Assembly: GCA_001643675.2 (NCBI GenBank)
Contig: LSRY02000005.1
Span: forward strand, 620,001 to 684,000
Source: Monocercomonoides exilis PA203
Lineage: Eukaryota > Protista > Preaxostyla
Length of the DNA stretch: 64,000 nt
Direction: 5' to 3'
The notes beneath the pieces were generated by a model. That model ran no database searches. It was not told the DNA's origin and worked only from the letters and a program-made list of their open reading frames with translations. A program made the position numbers and the translations under genes. Below are positions 1 through 13,059 of the stretch, one piece after another (the first letter of the stretch is position 1; the number at the start of each line of letters is the position of its first letter).

Positions 1-3000
1 AAAAGAGAAGATTCCATCAGCACAGAACTATTTGTTCCAAAAGAAACCGCTGTGCCTTTGATTGTGGATGACACAAGATGGTCAAATGTGCAGAACGAAA
101 ATAAAGCTGAAACTCTTTCTTCACAGGAAATGGCGCAAGGTCCTTCACTTGTTCGCTTGATAGAAGAAAATGTGCACTGAGTGAATGAATGATCATAAGA
201 TGCTTCGTTTTTGTGATAGTTTTTGCTTTCATTGTGTTTTGAGGAAGCAGTTAACGAAAGCGATGAAGATGATGACATAGAATTACATGTAGTATCTCCT
301 GAATGAAGAAGAATAAGTGGACAGCTTGTATATATGTGAGAAATCTCAACAATTGACAGGCTCAGTTTGGCATTTGCATCTACAACAATCATCGATGAGT
401 TAATCAGAGACGTGGATGCTTCTGTTTGATATTTTGCTGAAAACACACATTCGGAAATCATCAAAGTGCCGTTCTTTTGACGGAAAATTGTTTCGTGTTT
501 TGCAGAAAACAAAGTAATTGAGCGCTCCAGCACAAAATTGAAGGTGCATTTATTTATTGATACATCGTTTATAACAGTTACAATGCCCACCTCTCCATAA
601 TCTGGTGGAGGCGATGATGGAATTGTCATAACATACTCAGGAAGATCAATGAACGAAGAAAAAAGTACAGATGCTTTATTTGCATCTATTGATTCAATTG
701 CAATATCACTCAATGTAAACAGCCCAGTCACATTTGTTGTCTGGTTGATCTTCACTGTTCCAGGTGTTCTGAATAAAAGGCGTGTTGAAGCCATGTTCAG
801 CGTCGCACATGGTTCTTCAAGTCTTCCGCAGAGACGAGTAGCAACAGAATTGGCTGAAGAAGCAGTATATATGAGGGAATCTCGATATCCTTCAACAAAC
901 GGAATGAGATTGAAATCAGTCACTGAATGATCAGTTACATAGAAGGAGTTTCCTGAATTGATAGACTCTTGTGACCAATCAAGATCAAAATGTTCCCAAG
1001 TAGCTTGTGTTGTATACGAATGGCAATTAATGAATAGATCGTTTGCAATAAACGCTTCATTTCCATCAAATCGAACTTTTTTCAGTGAAAAATCTAATTC
1101 AGGAAATGGATTTGGGTTTGGGCTTGTAGGATTGATGCAGTCCAAATATATTCCTCCTCCTCTTCCAATTGAAGGCGAACATCTACTCCCATAAAATGTA
1201 CAGTTGATGAAAGATAGCTGGCCATCAGAGCTCATGCAGTAATACATTCCTCCGCCTTTTTCTGACAGCTGAGAATCGGCATAGATAACATAACTATCTT
1301 GGAGTGTGCATTTTGTGGCAACAAAAGGCTCCGAAGCAATTAAGCACGGATTATTTGCAGTTTGTCTCATATTATTAAATCCGCATGTAATTAGAGAAAC
1401 TGTTGGAACATTATAAAGGGGTGATGCAAGTGCCAATATGGAAATGGCTGCATTAGATTGAAGAAATACATCATTTGCCAACAAATGACTAACCGAAAAG
1501 GAGCTAATTGATTGCTCTAACGCAAATACTGCTGTTGAAGCAAATGTCATAGAAACGATTGCAATATCCGAGAGTGTGATATCTCCTTGTCTGCAATACA
1601 GAAGCGAATAGCTGCATGTAAACAAATGTTCTTGCAACTTCATTGAGCATTTATTCATTGTGAAGCTTGCCGCCTCACAAGAAAACAGAATTGATCTGCT
1701 GTCATTCAGATCAGAAGGCAATAAAAATGATATGTTTTCAACATTTGAAGGAATAGTGAAAACAAAAAAGCCATCTTGAGCTTTTGTTACAGTGTCTGAA
1801 ACAACGACTGGAGTGTCCTCTGCATTAGCTTGCAGTTCGAAGCTTTGAGAAGTCTCGAATGTGAATGCTTCGTTCACTGAAGAGGATGAAGAAATCAAGA
1901 TGTTGCACTGATCTGCTGGAGGCGTATCAAAACGAGTGTGCATCAGATGATTTACAGAGGCGCACTTCGCTTCTGCAAATCCACATCCACTAAAATCGCT
2001 TCCGTCCGTTTCATCAACAAACCCCGTTGTAGTGAAATTCGTCCAAAGAAATACGTTCAGAGGAATTGAAAATGTTGGTGACGATGAAGATCTCTCGTAT
2101 CCGTTGAAAGTTGTAAGTGAATTTCGATCGCTTTCTGAAGACTGAAAATCAAAATTGGATGTAACAACTAATGATTTGAGGTTCCAAGAACTCAAAAATA
2201 TATTTCTACCTCTCCAAGCATCATTAGATACAAATCCAAGATCTTTTAATGTAAACCCTGTAACGCCATTTCCAGTTTCCAAATAGATTCCTCCGCCTAA
2301 TCCTTTCCCTGTTATAGGATCGTCCGTTGACGGAACCATGCACCCTGAGTAATTAGTCTCCTTTATAATCAAAGATGCTCCGGTATCAAGCAAAATAAAC
2401 GACCCACCACCTCGAAATCCACCTTGATTTGGTGATAAACACAGAGTCGAGATAGAGCAGTTATAAATTGTCACTGATGGAGAAGAACCTGAGCTGCCAA
2501 GAATTTTCATGCAACCTCCGTCTCCATTCTTGTGTCGTGTTCGAATCATGGTGCTATTCACAAAGCTGGCTGACTCTGCATCCGTGAAGATAAACGGCGA
2601 AAAAGCTGTGAATGTTAATGGCTGCGTAAAGTACATCTGATTAATCTCCACAATTCCACCAACAGACTTTATTAATGCAAATGATACTTCCGTGACATTC
2701 TCGGGGAATATGATTAGACTTTTGCTAACAGTTATTGAAAAGGACGCAGAAATAAATGTTTCTCTAGTATCCTTCAATAGATCATAGAAAATGAAAGATA
2801 TCAATTCAAACTCGGCTTCGGATTCATATTGAATAAACGAGTTACGAGTATTTGATCCGTTATCCACAACTAAAACAACAGTTGACAATGCAGATCCACC
2901 TCGTAATGCAAGTCCATGAGAAGATATTGAGACTTCATCATTCAAAGAGGAAGTATTATCGACAGAAATCCAGTTTATCATCGACTGCGGCATGCGTATA

Positions 3001-5861
3001 TTGATTGCGTATTCAAGAGTTTTACATTCGGACGTTACAAACCCGCAATAATGGTGATTGACTCCGCCAACACCATTAATGTGTAAAGGAGAAGGCATCA
3101 CACAGAGGAGAACATGAAGCGGAATGATAGTTTCAGATTCTCCATTTTCAGATCCACTCCACAGCAGCACATCAGTCGGAACTTGTGCAGCATCAAAAAA
3201 TTGAAATGATGTTATAGTTACGATATCTTCAAGCATCACATTTGCACTGCATCCAATAAACAAATTCTTGCCAATATAAGCATTGTTCGGTTGAGATTGC
3301 CCAAAAGATAGAGGATGAAGAAGTCTAAGATCAACAGACGAATCAAGAACGTTCAGTTTCATTCCTCCTCCTCTTCCGTTTCCATCCACAGTTGGCGATG
3401 CAACGCAACCTTCAAATGAGCTGGTTCCATTCACAATCAATGAATCTCCTGCCATCAATTCAACAAATACGGCTCCTCCACCAATGTCGCTTCCGCTCAA
3501 TATGACATCATTAAAAATGCAATCTGTTAAACAATATGAATGAAGTCTTATTGGTGATTCGGAAGAAACAATTCTCCGATTTAAGCAAATGCATCCCCCA
3601 CTTCCTCTGCTTTTTCTTATTCTCTGAAAATTGCACTGAGAGCAAGAGAATAATGCACACGTTTCAAAATCAAAAATAGTTCCAGAGATAAATGAAAGAT
3701 CTTGAAAGTCTGAATTCTCCAAAAGAACTGAACTTGTATTCCCCTTAAAAAGGGCAGAAGAAAACTCTTTAGCAGGTTGTCCTATAATCTCAGGTGGCCC
3801 GGTTATAAGCAAATCGTTCATTGAAAATGTTGAAAGCGCATCTTTAAGTAAAACTAACGAAGATCCTGAATTGCTGTCATGCGTAATCGTCATTCTCGAA
3901 AGCGATAAAGAACCTTTATTTACAGTGAACACAGACCTCAGCGAAGAGGGTTGCGTCGGATGAATAATTGTTCTTGTTGTTCCTTCACCAATCAAATTGA
4001 TTCGTTTGTCTTCGATTTTCACTCCACTCGTCATGAATGCAAGATGTTCACCTTGAAGAGGGTTAACAGTGCAAACAGCGTTTGTAGTATATGCTTCAAC
4101 CGCATACTTAAGTGTGTTGCATGGAGTAGCAGTGGCATCAATCCCGCACCACTCAGAATCTGTTCCACCAATTGCGGCTACTCTCCTTTTGTCAGTCAGT
4201 CTGGGAAGCCATTCATCTTTCCAGTTTACGCTTCCGTTATCGTACAGAACTCTATGGGTACCATCTGTTGTCGATCCACAGCATTCAAACGGAGAAATCA
4301 ACAAAAATTTGTCCATAGTATCAATGATTTCCACGTCTGTGCCCGAATCTTCAGCAAATACAGTATTTCCTTTGAAGAAACAAAAGTAAAATGCAATTGG
4401 AGGAATTAAAGTTATTTCATCTGTTGCAATGCTAATACCAGCCCCATGCCCATTGTCAATTGTATAGCACCGATCAAATAAAGAATCACTAAGAGTGAAA
4501 TCATGAGATACAGTTCCGATAATTCCAATACCTCCCCCCTTTTTTGAAACCTTTCCGCATTCGATGCATTGAATTTCTGAGAATTGTTTAATAGTTCCAG
4601 TTAGTGCCGAACAATAGCACTGATTTGATGGATTATTTCCGTTGAAAACGCATATTCCCCCTCCATTCCAGTCGGCTGTGCACCCTTGGAGCTTCACTTT
4701 GCACAGCGAAAAGCAGTCTGATACTTCATCAAGCCAAATTCCTCCTCCTTCGCTTTCTTGAACTAACGCATTGCAATCTGCAAACGATGAATTACTTAAT
4801 ACAAATGAATTTATATTCTGTATGAAAATTGCCCCACCTCTTGAAGAACAATTACATTGTGAAAAGTCACAAAATTGGATCTTGCAATTTGCACTAGAAT
4901 TACCAGCTAAATACAATGCTCCTCCATTGTTGTCCACATTTGTTGAATCGTAAACATCAGTGATAGGAGAAGTAATCTGCGAAAATTGTGTTTCCTCAAA
5001 AAGAATATCTTCCGCATTTGTAAAGCGAGATCCTGGAGAATATGTTCTACCACTTCGGAAAAAAGTGCAGTTTTTGCAAAATAGACTTTTTCCGAACATT
5101 CCAGGAGATACACTACCATAGAGAGCATCTGAAACTGTTGTGAAAATACAACAATCAAATGATGAAGAGCAAGCTTTATGCAAAGATTTTTGAAGAGTGT
5201 TATCGATTTTAGTTGAAATATTTGAAAAAACAGCTGATTTTAGATGAATACTAGCCAATGAAAATGAAGAAATAAATGGATAAGTTTGTAAATTTAATGA
5301 GTTAAACGAAGATCGAAATATAATAGCTGATCCAGGTAATTGTTTCATTCCTTGTTGAGGGAAACATATAAGTGATGATACAGCTTTTGAATCAACGACT
5401 GAGCTTGATAAGCTTATATTGTCGAGAATAAGTTCTCCAAGTGTTGAAAAAAAATGATGATATAAGGATGAGCTAAAAATACAACTACTCTCAACTGAGA
5501 CCAGAGACGAACAATCCAACGTGATAAAAGAAGTTTCTGCTGTGTGACATAATTTCAATGCAATTAATTGACAGGTAGAATTAACTGTATGAAATTGTGA
5601 AGACAATTCAGTTTCAGTTGAGCAACAGTGAATTTCTGTAGCGTATTCGGAAGAATTTCCATGCCGATGGGAAGAAAATGTGCTTGCAATACGTGAAAAA
5701 TAGCACTTTGAAGAGTCATTTCCAATATTTAATTCAAAAGGGAATTTTGTTGAATTGATGTTAAATAATTGTAAATTATTGCAAATATCATTGCAGTTTT
5801 CTTCGTTGCAATATTTGTATGAAATTACTAGAAGAACGAGTTGAATAAAATGTGCATTCAT
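1..5861 (-). CDS. Giant intronless Cys/Ser-rich surface protein (Pmp-like beta-helix repeats), 5' part; runs off the left edge of the window
   Basis: ATG at 5861 gives a signal-peptide-like start (MNAHFIQLVLLVIS). The frame was open at every point spot-checked down to base 3, and it is absent from the ORF track, consistent with no stop in the window. Four CG-x5-7-C-x-T/S modules: CGIDATATPCNTL (~4140), CGFVTSECKTL (~3040), CGFAEAKCASV (~1980), CGRLEEPCATL (~820). GGAI/GGGI motifs. Same architecture as 39011-46714. Confidence 0.85.
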   Translation of the reverse strand, partial: MNAHFIQLVLLVISYKYCNEENCNDICNNLQLFNINSTKFPFELNIGNDSSKCYFSRIASTFSSHRHGNSSEYATEIHCCSTETELSSQFHTVNSTCQLIALKLCHTAETSFITLDCSSLVSVESSCIFSSSLYHHFFSTLGELILDNISLSSSVVDSKAVSSLICFPQQGMKQLPGSAIIFRSSFNSLNLQTYPFISSFSLASIHLKSAVFSNISTKIDNTLQKSLHKACSSSFDCCIFTTVSDALYGSVSPGMFGKSLFCKNCTFFRSGRTYSPGSRFTNAEDILFEETQFSQITSPITDVYDSTNVDNNGGALYLAGNSSANCKIQFCDFSQCNCSSRGGAIFIQNINSFVLSNSSFADCNALVQESEGGGIWLDEVSDCFSLCKVKLQGCTADWNGGGICVFNGNNPSNQCYCSALTGTIKQFSEIQCIECGKVSKKGGGIGIIGTVSHDFTLSDSLFDRCYTIDNGHGAGISIATDEITLIPPIAFYFCFFKGNTVFAEDSGTDVEIIDTMDKFLLISPFECCGSTTDGTHRVLYDNGSVNWKDEWLPRLTDKRRVAAIGGTDSEWCGIDATATPCNTLKYAVEAYTTNAVCTVNPLQGEHLAFMTSGVKIEDKRINLIGEGTTRTIIHPTQPSSLRSVFTVNKGSLSLSRMTITHDSNSGSSLVLLKDALSTFSMNDLLITGPPEIIGQPAKEFSSALFKGNTSSVLLENSDFQDLSFISGTIFDFETCALFSCSQCNFQRIRKSRGSGGCICLNRRIVSSESPIRLHSYCLTDCIFNDVILSGSDIGGGAVFVELMAGDSLIVNGTSSFEGCVASPTVDGNGRGGGMKLNVLDSSVDLRLLHPLSFGQSQPNNAYIGKNLFIGCSANVMLEDIVTITSFQFFDAAQVPTDVLLWSGSENGESETIIPLHVLLCVMPSPLHINGVGGVNHHYCGFVTSECKTLEYAINIRMPQSMINWISVDNTSSLNDEVSISSHGLALRGGSALSTVVLVVDNGSNTRNSFIQYESEAEFELISFIFYDLLKDTRETFISASFSITVSKSLIIFPENVTEVSFALIKSVGGIVEINQMYFTQPLTFTAFSPFIFTDAESASFVNSTMIRTRHKNGDGGCMKILGSSGSSPSVTIYNCSISTLCLSPNQGGFRGGGSFILLDTGASLIIKETNYSGCMVPSTDDPITGKGLGGGIYLETGNGVTGFTLKDLGFVSNDAWRGRNIFLSSWNLKSLVVTSNFDFQSSESDRNSLTTFNGYERSSSSPTFSIPLNVFLWTNFTTTGFVDETDGSDFSGCGFAEAKCASVNHLMHTRFDTPPADQCNILISSSSSVNEAFTFETSQSFELQANAEDTPVVVSDTVTKAQDGFFVFTIPSNVENISFLLPSDLNDSRSILFSCEAASFTMNKCSMKLQEHLFTCSYSLLYCRQGDITLSDIAIVSMTFASTAVFALEQSISSFSVSHLLANDVFLQSNAAISILALASPLYNVPTVSLITCGFNNMRQTANNPCLIASEPFVATKCTLQDSYVIYADSQLSEKGGGMYYCMSSDGQLSFINCTFYGSRCSPSIGRGGGIYLDCINPTSPNPNPFPELDFSLKKVRFDGNEAFIANDLFINCHSYTTQATWEHFDLDWSQESINSGNSFYVTDHSVTDFNLIPFVEGYRDSLIYTASSANSVATRLCGRLEEPCATLNMASTRLLFRTPGTVKINQTTNVTGLFTLSDIAIESIDANKASVLFSSFIDLPEYVMTIPSSPPPDYGEVGIVTVINDVSINKCTFNFVLERSITLFSAKHETIFRQKNGTLMISECVFSAKYQTEASTSLINSSMIVVDANAKLSLSIVEISHIYTSCPLILLHSGDTTCNSMSSSSSLSLTASSKHNESKNYHKNEASYDHSFTQCTFSSIKRTSEGPCAISCEERVSALFSFCTFDHLVSSTIKGTAVSFGTNSSVLMESSL

Positions 5862-6441
5862 TTCGTATATAAGCTCTAGCAATTTCTGTTCCTTTTTTTG
5901 ATCTTAACCCAATTATTAAATTATCCATTCAAATTCAATTACCAGTCAAGAAAATAAAAAAAATTTTTTTAAAAAAAAAGTGAAAAATAATAATAATGAA
6001 TTTTCTATAAAAAATTAAAATATTCATTCAATTTATAATGAAATAAAAAAATGAAAATTTTCTAATGTTTGAAAAAAAAAAATTCAAAATATAACTTTAT
6101 CATAAATAAATCGAAATTCGATTGAAATGTCGGTCTGTTGAAGGTGCATTGACCTTTTTTCTTTAAGTTGATGAACTTTTAATAATAATCTATTTTTCTG
6201 AACAAAATTTCTTTTGGAATTCAATCTTATCTTCAATATTTTATTTATTCAAACACACAAACACTGAAATAATTACAAAAATTAGTTTTTTTCTTATATT
6301 TCGTGTATATTATCATATGTTTTCAATATTATATTATATTGAAATGAGAAAATGAAATACTTACAAATCATTTTTACCATAAAAAAATTATTATTTTATT
6401 ATCTTTTTTTTTCTTTGTTTTTTTTCTCACATAATAAGCGC

Positions 6442-8939
6442 ATGTCTTTTGATGACGCATCAAAAATAGATCAATTATATGTTTGGATTAAGAATATTTC
6501 GTTTAAAATTATAATATTAGAATTTGAATAGATAGATGATGCAAATGACATTATCGCGAATATATTGTGTTTTTCTATTGATAAACAAATTGTTTGTATG
6601 CGTCAACTTATATGGATGGCTTTGCATTTTAATGGTGTGGAATTATTTTACAAATTTAGATTCATTTGTACTTTGCAAAAGATTTTTCGTTAAAGAGAAC
6701 ATTAGCATCTCCTATTTCATTAAGCGTTATGTACTCACTTTTTTCGAAAGATTCTTTAGAACTAAAGGTTTGTAATTTGCGGAAAGTTAGATTTGCAGTT
6801 GTGACTTTTTATTTTATTATATTTGTTTTTTGAAACAATTCTTTACAGAGAAAAGTGTCAAATTTTTTGAATATTATTTCAAAAAGATTCTTTAAAGAGA
6901 ATGACACGACACCTTTGATATGCTCGTTCACAGATATGTTTATGATGTTTCAAAATATAAATAACAGTTCAACGAAAGAAAAATGTGAATTTTTGAGACT
7001 GATGTGTGATTTTGCAAAGCACTCCAAGGACGAGTGGACTACAATATACTTATTGTATCCAGGGTTATTGCGTCATTTTGAATCGCTATTATTGAAAACA
7101 GAGCTTTGCTCGTTTTCAAAATATTCCATTCTTACGATTCTCGATGCTGTCGATGTATGTGGAATACCAAAAATTCTTCAAGAAACACTTATTGGAAGAT
7201 TAGAAAATGTTATTGAAAAATTGCAAAAACAGTGTTTAGAAGGCGATTTATCTCAAAACCTTCAGCTTATTAACTCACTTTGTTTGACTTCATCGCATAT
7301 CAGAGTGAATCTGATGAATTCGACCATTTCGCCAAAGCTTGCTCCATCAGAAAGTGAGACTTTTTCTGAGATCTCAACTTGTGCACAAAGGCAATCAGGC
7401 GACACATTGTCAAATGCCTCTTTGTCTGAAACAGAAATCTCTGACAGCTTTTCTGCCCGCACAAGTGCAACAAGGCCACAGCTGTCATCATGTCAATCGC
7501 TTTCGTCAGACTCAGTTGAAGAATCTCCTTCAAGTATTTTGCTGTCGATACCCTCGTTCTATCAACTGGAGAATCCGTTCCCACGTCCAAGTCGACAATT
7601 TTCTGTTTCTTCAATCAACCCTGAATCTCCAAGCCAAAGTTTAGAAGTTGCTTCGAATTCAAAAGAAAAACAATCAAAATTTCGTTTAAATGCATTGTCC
7701 TCAATACATCTGATTTCTGAAGCAGCAAAATGTAGTTGCTCGCCTGAGCACAAAGAAGAAAGCAAAGGAGGTTTTTGTGTTTTGCGCAAAGGCGGAATGA
7801 AAGACGATGCAGTTGCTGATTATGAGAGAAGAAAAGAAGAACCATCTGCTCATCGACACAAAGCAGAAGTCGAGTCGTTCCTAAAAAGCATACCAGATGA
7901 AAGTCTTCGACAAGAACTGCTAATGCCTGGGTGGGGAAAAGGTGGGATTTTTTTATTTATAAAGATTTTTAGTTTTTATTCTGATGTTAACTCTTCCATT
8001 CCTTTTGTGCTTTACTACTTGATTGCTATTTTTTTAATCAAGATGCAATACCACGCAATTTCAAATGTGATGTTTTTGTTGAAGGCACAGACTTCCACGA
8101 AGGTGTGCTGCCCGACTGTGTTCTGGAGATGCAGCAGCGCTTTGTGCTGAAGCAGATACCCAAATTGGTGACATTTCTATTCCATCCGGTTGTTGAGAGA
8201 GGCATTTGGCTATTCGAAGTGGCTCCTGTCGGGGCAACAGACAACTTTCGCATTGGAGCTGTGGACGCATCGTATGACTTGCACTCTTCCACCTCCTCTC
8301 CTGGAAGCACGGAATGTTTGATCTTTCTTTGTTGCAATAGCCTCATTTGCTTTATTTTATTATTTTTATTTTTATTATTATTTTCTTTGAAAAATTATAA
8401 ATAAAAATTTTGTAATTTTGTATCGCAAATAACTTGATTGCATTCAGATGGCTGTGGATTAAGTGGAAATGGCAATCTGAAGCATGTCAGCAAGAGAAAG
8501 ATATTCGATAGCTGCATCAACGGAGGCACTTTGTCGATTGTTGTTGAAATTACAGAGCAAAATTCATCCAGCCATGGAAGCGAAAAAAAATCAAATATCT
8601 ATTTCAAGTGCAACAAAATACCACAAAAGTACTATTTATGCAATGCTCCAAAATCGTTAAGATTTTATGTGTGCTTATTCTTATTATTGTATATGTTTAT
8701 TTATTTCTTCTCTAATTGTATTTATTGTTAAAAATGTTTTCTCGTAACCATCTGGTAACAAAAAATTTTTTAATTTATGGCAACTTCATTTCTTTTTCAA
8801 TCAGATTTTCCTTACAAATTTAACTTTGTCGTTTAACATTATCAAATTTTGCACCATTGGACCATCAGATTTGCAAGATTTTAAAGAAGCTAAGGGAATT
8901 GATTGGAATGATAAAAATTGGACAAGAAAATTCAAATAA
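6442..8939 (+). CDS. Multi-exon hypothetical protein with a Ser-rich middle and a possible C-terminal SPRY/B30.2-like beta domain
   Basis: Long exon 6855-~7941 plus short exons separated by AT-rich GT-AG introns. C-terminal exons read VTFLFHPVVERGIWLFEV...FRIGAVD...GTLSIVVE, a SPRY-like pattern. Start and end are inferred. Confidence 0.5.
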
Positions 8940-9274
8940 TTGCCTCAATTCATTTATTAAATTTCATCGTCATTGAGCATAATGGATAAAATTTGTTATT
9001 GTTCTAATTTATATTTTAAGTTTTTAAATTTTAAAATGTTCAAACGAGCATGAAATTTGTTAATTAATTTACTTAACTTTATCATATTTTTTTCACCTTT
9101 TTTAAGCAGAATAGTAATGTTAATTATTTTATTCAAAAATCTTCAATTTTTTAAAACGTTTGTTATTGTTCTTCAAACCTTCTCATTGCAAAAATTTCAT
9201 AGGTTTTAAAGAAGATACCCTTAACAAATTTTTGTTTTCAAAAAAATTCATCGCAAGGTGTCTTTTAAGTTGTA

Positions 9275-12200
9275 ATGGCACTAGACAATATTGAAGATGT
9301 TCAGAAAGAAATACAAAAAGAATACATGATGGCCATTCAGAAAATTAAACAAGACATTTCATTTCTTCCTCCACCAATATCTTTTGCGTTGACCACAAGC
9401 CCGTCTGTTTTACCTAAATTTAGAAATCCAGGAGTTATGTTCTCAGATTTTTTCAACGTATGAATATTATTTATCATTGAATTTTTTCACTTTTTTCTTT
9501 TTGAACAATTTGACTAAATATTTGTTTTTGTCTTAGGACAGCCTCCAATCAGCTATCCTCACAACATATGTTGGAGAAGTTAAATGGATCCTCCAAGAAG
9601 CTCCTGGTATTTATTTGAAAATTTGAAAAATCTTTCGTAATTTTAAAATTTTAAGTGTTAAATAACATTCCTGTTCTGTTTATTTATGGACGTGGTGGGT
9701 TTTACGATGTATGTGTATTTTATAACAAGAGTTTTTATAAAGATCGAGTAGTTTAATGAATTAAGTGGGAAGCTGCCTCAAAAATTTAGTGCTAAATGCG
9801 TTCAGGTTCCGAGCTCGTTTGGTCTTCATCACAGTAAAATAATGGTAAATTGATATTATCATTTAAAAAAACTTTCAATTATATACTATTTCTTTTCTTT
9901 TCTTTTCTTTCTGTGTTGCAGTTATTAACATATCCTAAAGGCTTGCGGGTTGTTGTTTCCACCGCAAATTTAATTGAGAGTGATTGGATACATCGTACAC
10001 AAGCAATTTGGTGCCAAGATTTTCCATTGCTTACAGATACAGCAACCTGGAGTATGCTCGTTTTTTTATTGCTAATTATTTACATGTCATCTTTTTATTT
10101 CTATCAATTTATTAATTTGTAAATAGTGGCAGAAGCTTCACTTTCAAGCATTTCGAGTGCTTCTCCTCCAGCAGCAACCAAATCAAAAGGATTACTCGAA
10201 CGAATTCAGAAAAAAAGCACTGCCTTTTCTCAATCGCATATTTCTTCTTCCGCTTCTGCATCTTCTTCACCAGTGAACGCATCAACAGTCGAGCCTTCTT
10301 CAATAAAAGAAACACTGTCAAAATATCTGAATGCCTTGCATATACCACACCAATCATATCCGCAGCAGTCGTCTCGCAAACCGAATTTATTGTATATCGA
10401 TCTGTCGCTTTACGATTTCAGTGCTGCTGCAGCAGATTTGGTGTGTTCTGTGTATGGCTCCCACGAAAACGCAGAGCGAGATTCGTTTGGGCATCTGTTT
10501 TTGAGGAAAATGCTGCTGCAGCGGGAGAGAGAACTCAATCGCATGAAAGAAGCAGAAATTGAAAGGGATAAGACAGAAGAGAAGGATATTTATGCGGAGA
10601 GTGCAAGCAAAGTGTGTGAGAAAGAAGAGACGAGCGCAATTCAATCAGCAAAGCAAGCAACCAGTAAGATTGAAAAAGGTATTTCACATTTTTTAAAAAT
10701 ATATTTTGTTGCTTCAAGTTGTTTTATTGTATTGTTATTTTCGATTATTATTTATTTTTTAATGTGATTTTAAATTTGAACTTCTAATAATTCATTGTTT
10801 TGCTTTTGAAAGCAGATTCTTTGCCTCTGATTAGAAATGATTTGGTGTGTCAGTTTTCATCGTTTGGCACTTTGACAGAAGAATGGCTCGCTGAATTCAC
10901 GACTTCTTTGGGGTCCGCACGCACATTTGCTCCGTCATGCACAGTCTGCAAGAAAGGAGTAGCTGCATTGCCGGCAAAGAAAGATGCGTTTGCGTCTTAA
11001 CTTTTTTTAATGATGCAAATGTGAATGTTATTAAATGCACGGTGGTTGTTTGATAATAATAATAATTTTCTTTTAGTGATCTGCTCAATGATGGAAGCAC
11101 TGATGTTAGCCACACATTGAAAAGAAGGAAAATTGATGATGATGAAATGGGAGATACAAAAATTTCGAGTAAAAGTGGCCAAACTGCTTCAAATGTTGCT
11201 GCTTTCAAAGATGAAACAGAAAAGTCAGGTTTATATGAGGACGAAGATGAAGGCGATGCCATTCTACTTGATGATTGTGGTGCAGATTCTGATATTTTTG
11301 GAAAAAAGACGAAAATCAAAGGAAAAAGAAGAAGCTCCAAGAACAAAATTGGAGGAATCTCAGCTGCTTCATCTGATGAGGATGAAAGGGAGGCTGATGA
11401 GGCAGACAGCAACTTTTCTATCACAACTTCAGCAGGAGCGAAAACAAGCTCCATTCAAAGCAAAGAAAAATCACCTGCTGCAAAAAAGACCCAGCAGTCT
11501 ATTGGAGCCTTTTTTGCCCCTTCATCATCATCATCTTCTTCTTCTTCTTCTTCTTTGGCAAAAGGCTCAAAGAGTGCTATGGATGGAAACAGCATGGCAA
11601 GCTTCGCAAGAGCACAGGCTGTTCATACTCATCTCCATCTCGTGTGGCCCACCGTGAACGAAGTGGCGCAGTCAATTCTGGGCTATTCAAGCGGAGGCTC
11701 GTTGTGCCTGTCGCAGAAGGCAGTGAGAGAGTTCTGGAAGGAGTATCTGTGCAGATGGAACGGGAGGCAGAGCGGAAGGCAGCACATGATGCCTCACTCA
11801 AAAATATACACCAGAGTTGGCCATGATGGCGAATTACGATGGGCAGTGATAACAAGCGCAAATTTGTCAAAAGTATTCATTTTTGATTAAGTTCAATAAA
11901 AAAGAATAATCTAATGTTTTTAATGCGCAATGAAATGATATTTTGATATGTGTATTTTGTTGAAAATCTTTTTTTCCTTCTCTTTCTCTCTTTTTTTGTT
12001 ATAGGCTGCTTGGGGATTTATTACAAAGAAGAATAACAGTCTAAGAATTAGCAATTATGAATGTGGTGTTTTGCTTCATCCGTCTTTGATTCTTCGTTCA
12101 ATAAATGTACACCGAATGTGGGGAAAGTTTGCGATTTCATTTTTTTCATTTATTTTTATTCTTCATTAAAATTTCGAATTCTATTTTCAACTTATAATCT

Positions 12201-12912
12201 GACATAACTGTCAATGTGTGAATTTATATGAATTGCATATTTTTTTTCATCTCAAAGAACATCATTCTTTTCCTGCACAAACCAACAATTCCCTCTTCCT
12301 CCAGTGAATGGCACACACTGTGTAATACTTCCTATGTTTGAAGACTCGTTTATGCGACTTCGTTCCTCTGCAAAAAGCAAAAGCAATCAAGAAACTATGG
12401 ACAAGATGATGTTGGAGATGGCATTGAATGAGTCATTGCAGGAATCAGAAAAGCAAGAAAAGAAGGAAGAACAAGATGTTATCGAATTTAACGATGGCTC
12501 GGTTTTTATTTTACCAAAGGAAAGCGATGATTCTTTTTCCCTAGCGTCAAAGAAGGATCCAGTAATAGCATTTCACCATCAAATGCAACAGAATATTTAT
12601 CATGATTATGTTATTGACAATCCCTCTTTTGTTGAATTTGTTAATTCACCGGATTTATCTCACATAATATCTGAGAAACAGCCTTCCTTTGTTGTTGGAA
12701 TGCCCATTCCGTTTTCTCTTCCACCAGTTTCATACAACTCACATTATTCATCTGCGCAATCAGCAGGAGTTGTGGGTAGTACTGATGCATCAACAGAGCA
12801 TCAGCGCAAAGGAAAGGAAGATGAACCTTGGGTTTGGGATGTTTCTTATTCGAAGCCTGATATCTTTGGTCAATTGTGGAGTGCTGATAAATTCGGATCT
12901 GATGACGAATGA
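9275..12912 (+). CDS. TDP1: Tyrosyl-DNA phosphodiesterase 1 (multi-exon)
   Basis: First PLD-type motif FGLHHSKIM/LLTYPKGLRVVVSTANLIESDW..TQAIWCQDFP (9821-10026). Also CQFSSFG and HLVWPTV. Second motif PHSKIYTR...WAVITSANLSK/AAWG...LRISNYECGVL (11792-12075). C-terminal PIPFSLPP...DEPWVWD..Y..PDIFG. Confidence 0.93.
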
Positions 12913-13059
12913 ATGTTTGACGAAAATCTTATAAATTTTTAACAAAATTTTTATTTTATTTTATTTTATTTTATTTATTTATTTATTTATTATTTTGTGT
13001 TTGTGTGTATGTGTGTTGTTGATTGAAAAAGTGCACCCATTTTATTTTATTAAATAATA

